A stretch of DNA of 64,000 nucleotides from Camelus dromedarius (Eukaryota). The notes beneath the pieces were generated by a model that saw nothing but the letters and a program-made list of their open reading frames with translations, was not told the DNA's origin and did no database searches. Numbering within the stretch: position 1 is the stretch's first letter; the number at the start of each line of letters is the position of its first letter. The translations under genes were made by a program, and so were the position numbers. Of the stretch, positions 57,570-64,000 are shown one piece after another. The stretch spans positions 22,196,001 through 22,260,000 of the forward strand of contig NC_087459.1 in the NCBI RefSeq assembly GCF_036321535.1. The letters run 5' to 3'.

Positions 57570-57780
57570 CAATTGACCCTCCAGTAACATGGGTTTGAAT
57601 TCTGAAAGTCCACTTATAGGTGAACTTTTTTCAATAAATACATACAGTACTACACAATCAGCAGTTGGTTAAATCCAGATGTGGAACCATGGAGGGCCAA
57701 GGGCTGACTATAAAGCTATTAGAGGATTTTCCATTGGGCAGGTATGTGCCCCAACCCCAGTGTTGTTTAAGGGTCAACTG
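57570..57780. mobile_element. TcMar-Tigger MITE (MER8/Tigger2-like), 211 bp
   Basis: TIRs caattgaccct / agggtcaactg with TA on both sides (57568-57569, 57781-57782). Confidence 0.85.
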
Positions 57781-57902
57781 TAAGTAGAAATTGTTCTCTT
57801 CCTGTTTCTCTCCTTCCTTCCTTTCTTCTTTGTCTCCCCATCCAATCCATTATCCACGCTGCCCCCAAAGTTCTCTCTCCAAACAGCAGATTTGGTTGTT
57901 AC

Positions 57903-57986
57903 TCCAAAGCTATAAGATAATAAATTTGTGTTGTTTCAAGCCACTAAGTTTATGATAATTTGTTACAGCAGCAATTGGAAATTAAT
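57903..57986 (+). mobile_element. MaLR (MLT1) LTR 3' end
   Basis: ctataagataataaatttgtgttgtttcaagccactaagtttatgataatttgttacagcagcaattggaaattaata. Confidence 0.8.
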
Positions 57987-58600
57987 AGTGAGGATAGCCA
58001 CAAACAGCAATATTAAATAGAATGGTTAGGGTTGGCCTCATTAAAGTAAAAATTAAGCAAAGGCTCAAAGAAAGTGAAGGAGCTGGCCAAGGCTCTACCT
58101 GGGGGAAGAGCACTTCAGGTAGAAGGAACAGAATGAAGGCCCTAAGAGGAAGCTGTCTGGTGCGTCTGAGGCTCAGGAAGGAGGCCAGTGGAGCAGAGAG
58201 AGTGAGGGAGAGATAAGTGGGGGAAGAGGCCAGAGAGTTGACAGGCTGGGATCCATGCAGGTCATGTGAGCCCTTGGGTGTCATTGCCAGGACTTTGGCT
58301 TTTACTCTGCCTGAGATGGAAATCAGGAGAGGGTTCAGAGCAGTGAGGTGACGTGATCTGTCTCTTGATATAGAGTGATGCTCTGGCTGCTCCGAGTTGA
58401 GAAGAGACTCCAGGGAGATTTGGGTAGAAGCAGGGAGACCAAGCTGTGGCAACATCTGGGTGGGAGACGATAGTGGTTCTGACCAGGGTCGTAGTAGTGA
58501 TATGAACAGTCAGATCCGGAATACATTTTGAAGACCATCAACAAGATTTCCTGACAGACTAGATAGAGGGTGTGAGGAAAGATAGAGATCAAGGCTGAGT
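57987..58600 (-). mobile_element. L2 LINE fragment
   Basis: ggttagggttggcctcattaaag..gggaagagcacttcaggtagaaggaacag..ggactttggcttttactctg..gatggtagtggttctgaccaggg-type motifs. Confidence 0.75.
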
Positions 58601-59408
58601 TTTATTCTTGTGGGATTCTTAAATGATTTTAAAAATTAATCCTGCCTGTCCCAGTCCTCCCAAGTATGGAAAGCTATTAAAGAAATCTCAAGTCAGACCA
58701 GTCCCTCTTTGGCTATGCAGCCCTTGTAATACCCCAGCCATGTGATCAGGTTTGTGTTACTAAGGATTAGGAGACCCCTGCACAGTTGTTCTCTGTCTAT
58801 TGTGTTTTTTTTTTCATCTATTAATCAAATTTACTCTATCATTCTTGATAGTCTTGTATACATGTGGTTTGGGAATTCTTTGAATAGCTTATAACATCTT
58901 ATTGGTTCCCTCATTAATTAATTTTTCCCCCTAATCAGTTTTGATAAAGGAGGAAATAAAATTATGTGGTTTGCATGCTTTATCCAAGACTGGAGTCATA
59001 TTGGCTAAATCAAATCAATGCTTGAGTAAATGTGAAATTAGAGCTTCTTTAGCATGGATCATTCTGGGAGTCATTATCAAAGAAGATGCCATTAAAAAAA
59101 TAGTCTTTTATAAACAGCTGCTATCATTTCAGACCACTTGCTGTTTAGGTACTTTGACTTTTTATTTTTTTCATGAGAAGGCACATAAAGTAGATTATTG
59201 GCATTTGCAATGGATTTAACATTCATAATTTGACTCAGTATGACTGCCCTCCAGAGCTGTAATTTTACTAGTGAAGTTTCAGGAGCCACTGAGCTGGTGA
59301 CTGAGCCTAACCAGCCCCCGACATCACATCTCAGTGTCCTTTTGTTCTTCTCTACACCTCTTCAAACTTGGTCACTCTCATGAAGTGACAAAAACTTGCT
59401 TTGCTTTG

Positions 59409-60125
59409 TTAATAATAGCTTTATTGAGATGTAATTCACACATCATCCAATTTGCTTATTTAAGGTGTACAGTTCAGTGGTTTTTAGAATATTCAGAGTT
59501 GTGCATTCATCTCCACAATTTTAGGATGTTTTCATCACCCTGTAAAGAAACTCACACCCCTTAGCCATTGCCTCCTATTCCCTCCCTTCCTCTGTGCCCT
59601 GACTTAGGCAACCACTAACCTACTTTCTGTCTGTATGTGGATTTGCCTCATCTGGACATTTAAAAAAAATGAAATTGTGTAATATGCAGTCTTTTGCAAT
59701 TGTCTTTTTTCACTTAGCNNNNNNNNNNNNNNNNNNNNNNNNNNNNNNNNNNNNNNNNNNNNNNNNNNNNNNNNNNNNNNNNNNNNNNNNNNNNNNNNNN
59801 NNNNNNNNNNNNNNNNNNNNNNNNNNNNNNNNNNNNNNNNNNNNNNNNNNNNNNNNNNNNNNNNNNNNNNNNNNNNNNNNNNNNNNNNNNNNNNNNNNNN
59901 NNNNNNNNNNNNNNNNNNNNNNNNNNNNNNNNNNNNNNNNNNNNNNNNNNNNNNNNCTGTATACTTAACCTTTGGAAGAACTGCCAGACTGTTTTTCTAG
60001 GGCGGCTGTTCCATTTTGTTTCCACCAGCAATGTGTGAGGGTTGCAATTCCTCCACATCCTTGCCAACATTTGTTATTATCTATCTTGCTTATTATGGTA
60101 ATCCTAGTGGGTGTGAAGTGATAAG
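59409..60125 (-). mobile_element. L1 (L1MB-like) 3' region with internal gap
   Basis: taatagctttattgagatgtaattcacacatcat..aggcaaccactaacctactttctgtctgtatg..ccaccagcaatgtgtgagggttgcaattcctccacatccttgccaaca. Confidence 0.85.
59719..59956. other. Assembly gap (238 N)
   Basis: Run of N within L1. Confidence 1.
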
Positions 60126-60603
60126 ACATTTCTTACTGAAAAAGTCAATGCTAAATCTGGTGACTGAAGTTAAGGAAAAGCTAAGAGGCATCCAATTGTC
60201 TTCAGCCAGAAGCCCATTTTATAATTGACTTTTGAGTCCTGTATGTGTAGGAATCATTAAGAGTCTGAGGGGCAACTTAAATTTTTCAACTGAACTTTAC
60301 ACTGAAGTGATATTTGAGAAGTTGGGAATTTGGGAAGTTCTCTCGACTAGACCTGTGAATGTTGTTATGTTAGCATACCAAATTTGCCTTGTCACCAAAA
60401 CAGTATTCTAAAAAGCTTACCAATTAATTACCACCTTGCTTCAGTGGCGGGGTAATCTCTGAGCTAGCTGTTCATTTGTGCCTTAGTCTCACCGCACAGG
60501 AGACTCAAAATGAAGGTAAGATTTTTATGCTCTTTGCTCCCCATCCAAGAAGCCTCCATGTTCTGAATATGGACTCCCCATCCTAAGGTGGTTCCTGATG
60601 GCT

Positions 60604-60786
60604 TTTTAAAATTTTTCCTTAAAATTTATTATTGTATTATGTAATTTTTTTTCTTTTTTTACTTTGGGGAGGAAGTAATTAGGTTCATTTATTTTTAGAG
60701 GAGGTACTAGGGATTGAACCCGGGACCTCGTGCATGCTAAGCATGTTCTCTACCACATGCTAAGCATGCTCACTGCCTCCCTCCTC
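60604..60786 (-). mobile_element. tRNA-Ala-derived SINE with internal duplication
   Basis: gtaattaggttcatttatttttagaggaggtactagggattgaacccgggacctcgtg, then catgctaagcatg twice. Confidence 0.88.
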
Positions 60787-60830
60787 CTTATGGCTTTTAT
60801 GTTGCAAAGCTGGGGAAAAGGGAGTGTGGG

Positions 60831-61005
60831 TGGAGCTGCCAGATAAAATACAGGATCCCCAGTTAAATTTATATTTCAGATAAGTGACTAACATTTTTTT
60901 ATATAAAAATGTACTTATAATTCCCTCCAAATTATTTGTTGCTTATCTGACATACAGATTTAGCTGGACATCCTGTGTCTATATTTGTTCAGTTTGACAG
61001 TCCTA
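60831..61005. mobile_element. MER53-like palindromic DNA-transposon MITE
   Basis: tggagctgccagataaaatacaggatccccagttaaattt..ttatctgacatacagatttagctggacatcctgtgtctatatttg..tttgacagtccta; the two halves are inverted copies. Confidence 0.75.
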
Positions 61006-62056
61006 AGTAGTGGGGACCCTGCTCCCTTCCTACCCTTAAGGATTTTGTTTAGGGGAGTACAGATCTGTTCACAGGTGCTGTACTGAGGATGGAGGAAGTG
61101 AAACTGGCAAACTTGAGAGGTAGGATACTGGAGGTGGTCACTGGTGTTAGAGTCAGTGAGGGTACTGGAGCTGTCTTCTACTGCCTCATGGCTCCTGAGA
61201 AAGCCCACCCACCCACGGAGCTGGCAGTGGGGGTGGGAATGGTGGAAACTGAACACAAGAGTATGGTGGCTGGGGAGCCACGCTGCCCAAATCCTGCCAA
61301 ATCATCCTGGATTACTGTCAGACCCAAAGAGGGCACGACAGGGGCAAATGGGGTTTATCTGATGCATTTAAAGTGCATAGGTCAGTGACTGGCACAAAGC
61401 AAATGCCCTTTAAGTGGTAGCTGCTGTTTTGGACAGATAGAGTAATATGATGTTTCTTGAATTTCCATAGCACACATCAAAATTATACTCACTGTACTTC
61501 TATCAAAGAAGTTTATTTAGGGCTCTTCTTTTCAGAATGTCCAAAGATTTTACTCTCTAAGACCACATCTACCACGGCATCGGGCATGGTGTTCACAAAA
61601 TTCCCATAGCACCAATTTCACTGACCAAAATTTAGAAAAATACATACTATATGAGCACCATGGGATATCACAGTAGTGTCCCAAGATGATTTCAGCCCAC
61701 ATTTTTAAAGCATTGTTTGGTACAATATTTTAGGACAACTGAGATATTTGGAGAGTCCCTTGGAGATTTGCAATAAATGAATGTGACCCGGATCTCTCAG
61801 ATTATTCAGTCTAATCACTAAGTGATTAATAATTCAAGTCTTTTTTATACCTCTAGGTATATGGGTGATTTTGAGTGTAACGAGTGGAGACCGAGTGCTT
61901 TTTCTTTGCCACAAATGAGCCTGCCGGACCGATGACCTGGAGAAGGCCATTTAACCTCTTTGAGCTACATTTTCTCATTTGGGCTCAAAGTTAATGTCAC
62001 TAAGGTTCTTTCCAATGTAGAGAGAACGGTATTTCCTATCCAAAGACCTGGATTTT

Positions 62057-62170
62057 AGGGGTAGGGTATAGCTCAGTGGTAGAGTGCCTGTTTAGCATGG
62101 GTTCAATCCCCAGTACCTCCATTGAAATAAATAAATCTAATTACCTCCTTCCCCCGCCAAAAATAAAAAC
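62057..62170 (+). mobile_element. tRNA-Ala-derived SINE, internally deleted
   Basis: ggggtagggtatagctcagtggtagagtgcctgtttagcatg|ggttcaatccccagtacctcca plus taaatctaattacctcc tail. Confidence 0.88.
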
Positions 62171-62177
62171 AAAGACT

Positions 62178-62345
62178 GGATTTTAATCCTGACTTTGCCA
62201 TTTATTAGCTGCATGATCTTGGACAAATTACAAAACATCTTTGAACCTCTTACTTCTCACCTGTAAAATGGGGATAATAATACTTTGCAAGTTGTTCCAG
62301 GGATCAAATAAACTGATACATGGGATAATACTTTCTAATAAACCA
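62178..62345 (+). mobile_element. MIR SINE
   Basis: ctgactttgccatttattagctgcatgatcttggacaaatta..ttctcacctgtaaaatggggataataatac. Confidence 0.8.
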
Positions 62346-64000
62346 TAAAGTAATACACTAATGCAGAGGTATTAATTTTTATTTTTAAGAGTAGCTGATC
62401 ATAAAGGAAAATAAAATGAAGCATAGTTTTGATTTGTGTTTTTGGTTTCTTCAGGATTCACAAGATTGTAAATGTGCTTACTGGACCTTTATAGCAACAA
62501 ATTGAAATACAGTATTACTGATTTGTAGTATGTATACCGGAGCACTCTGGGAAGTCTTGGCCATGGTGAGGAGAGCCCATCAACTCTGATATGGAGGAGC
62601 AGGGAGCCAGCACCAGGGAGCAGCTGGGTTATTGATATCCAGCAGGACACAAAACACAGCACATCAGGTGGCCGTGAAATACTTTGATTTGGGGGACCTA
62701 AGAAAGTCATACTTCTCATGGGCGACTATCCCTAAAGATTCGAATCATATGCAGCCATTTTGATGGACTGTCTAGTGTGGGGAGAAGGGAGAGATAATTT
62801 TAGGTAAAAAGAAGAATCTGCTTAACCCTTCCATGACCTGAATCATTTAGGCATACGCACTGAAATGATGTTGAAAGTCCCAACACAACGGATTGACATT
62901 CTTGATAATGCCTTTTCTTCCAGGGAGAGTGTCTAGACTGCTCCAAGGAATCAGGATTCTTTAGAAGTTGCAGTGGGGTTAGGGGGTGCTGGGGCATGTT
63001 CCTATGGGTCATCAGACTTTGGGTGTTTGTGTTGGGTGTGGTGATGTAATATTGTATCTGTTTGGGATATACGATGATGAGTTAATTCATTGACTAATTA
63101 ATTCAGCCTTTAGTGGAAGCCTGCTCTGTACTAGGCTTTGTGCCAGGAGCTGGAAACACACAGTCAAGTAGAACTGGTCTTGACCTCAATAAGTTCACAG
63201 TGTGGTGGAGGAGAAATGATATAAAAACAAATGCTGTACTTACAAGGTGTTACCTGAATAGATCTGGATCCTGCCACTTTCGTTGACTTTTTCGGAGCCC
63301 CAGTTTTCTCATCTGAGAAATGGGGGGAATAACATCTTCCTTTCAGTATGCACACAGTTGTCCACACAAGTCCTGGCTCCTGATATATCCTTGCGCCCCT
63401 CCCCTCCACAGAGAATGGCTTGGTGATGGCAGAAGGCATGCCCTCTCTCTGAGGGACCATTCTATATGGCCCTTTCACGTTGCAAGGAAGAGATGACCAA
63501 CTTGAAGACTTGGAGACTTCTTGTAAGGAATTCTAGTCTCCACCCAGCTACTCTGTTGTTCTCAGGGTTTTTATTTCTCTCTCTGCTTTCCATCATCAGC
63601 CTTTCTTTGGGTTTTGACTGGATCCATTAGTCGCCATCCAATATGGAAGACTACAGTTGGGAAGACTCAGTTGGATTGGGGAGGACCCAGCATTCAATGT
63701 AAAAGACCCACCTACAGGTTCAGGCTCTGGCCCAGTGAGGTCTGTCTAGGGTAGCCAGACTGATATTTTTCAAAGCCTGAAATGAATCAACCCTGCTATT
63801 TTTCAAAAAGTGCGATAGAGGAGGATGGAAATGGCTTGTAAGCATCTGACTGTAAGAAGTGGAGCTGAGAATGGGTCAGTTTGTTGATTTGGGGACACTC
63901 ACAGTAGCTGCCAGGAATTGTTCACATACAACGTACTTTACACAATTCCCTCATTTTGCTCTCACAGCATCCCAGGGAGGGTGAGAATTACTGCACTTAA

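Noticed and set aside
844-62170. tRNA-Ala genes
   Set aside because: The tRNA-like sequences are mutually diverged, carry A-rich or simple-repeat tails and TSDs, and several have deletions; they are SINEs.

Overview
Mammalian genomic DNA, most likely a camelid: it carries ten tRNA-Ala-derived SINEs of the vic-1 type and a cetartiodactyl-type L1 3' tip. The window holds the conserved cluster CCT6A(+) - SUMF2(+) - PHKG1(-) - CHCHD2(-) - NUPR2(-). All five CDSs could be rebuilt exon by exon with GT-AG junctions and intact frames (531, 300, 387, 153 and 98 aa). CCT6A hosts two intronic H/ACA snoRNAs (SNORA22-like in intron 3, SNORA15-like in intron 10). It starts from a CpG island that is probably shared with the 5' end of PSPH, an inference from synteny only. 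The last ~18 kb has no intact protein gene and is repeat-dense: four solo LTRs, L1/L2/MIR, hAT and Tigger elements, a full-length decayed CALM2 retrocopy split by a Charlie-type transposon, and four N gaps. The most unusual element is a 681-bp TTAA-flanked piggyBac transposon in CHCHD2 intron 2, lying in the gene's sense orientation. It has TIRs, subterminal palindromes, an uninterrupted frame for the transposase Cys-rich C-terminal domain, and strong splice-acceptor-like tracts plus an AATAAA, resembling a CSB-PGBD3-type exon trap. All family names come from recalled consensus and protein sequences, not database searches.
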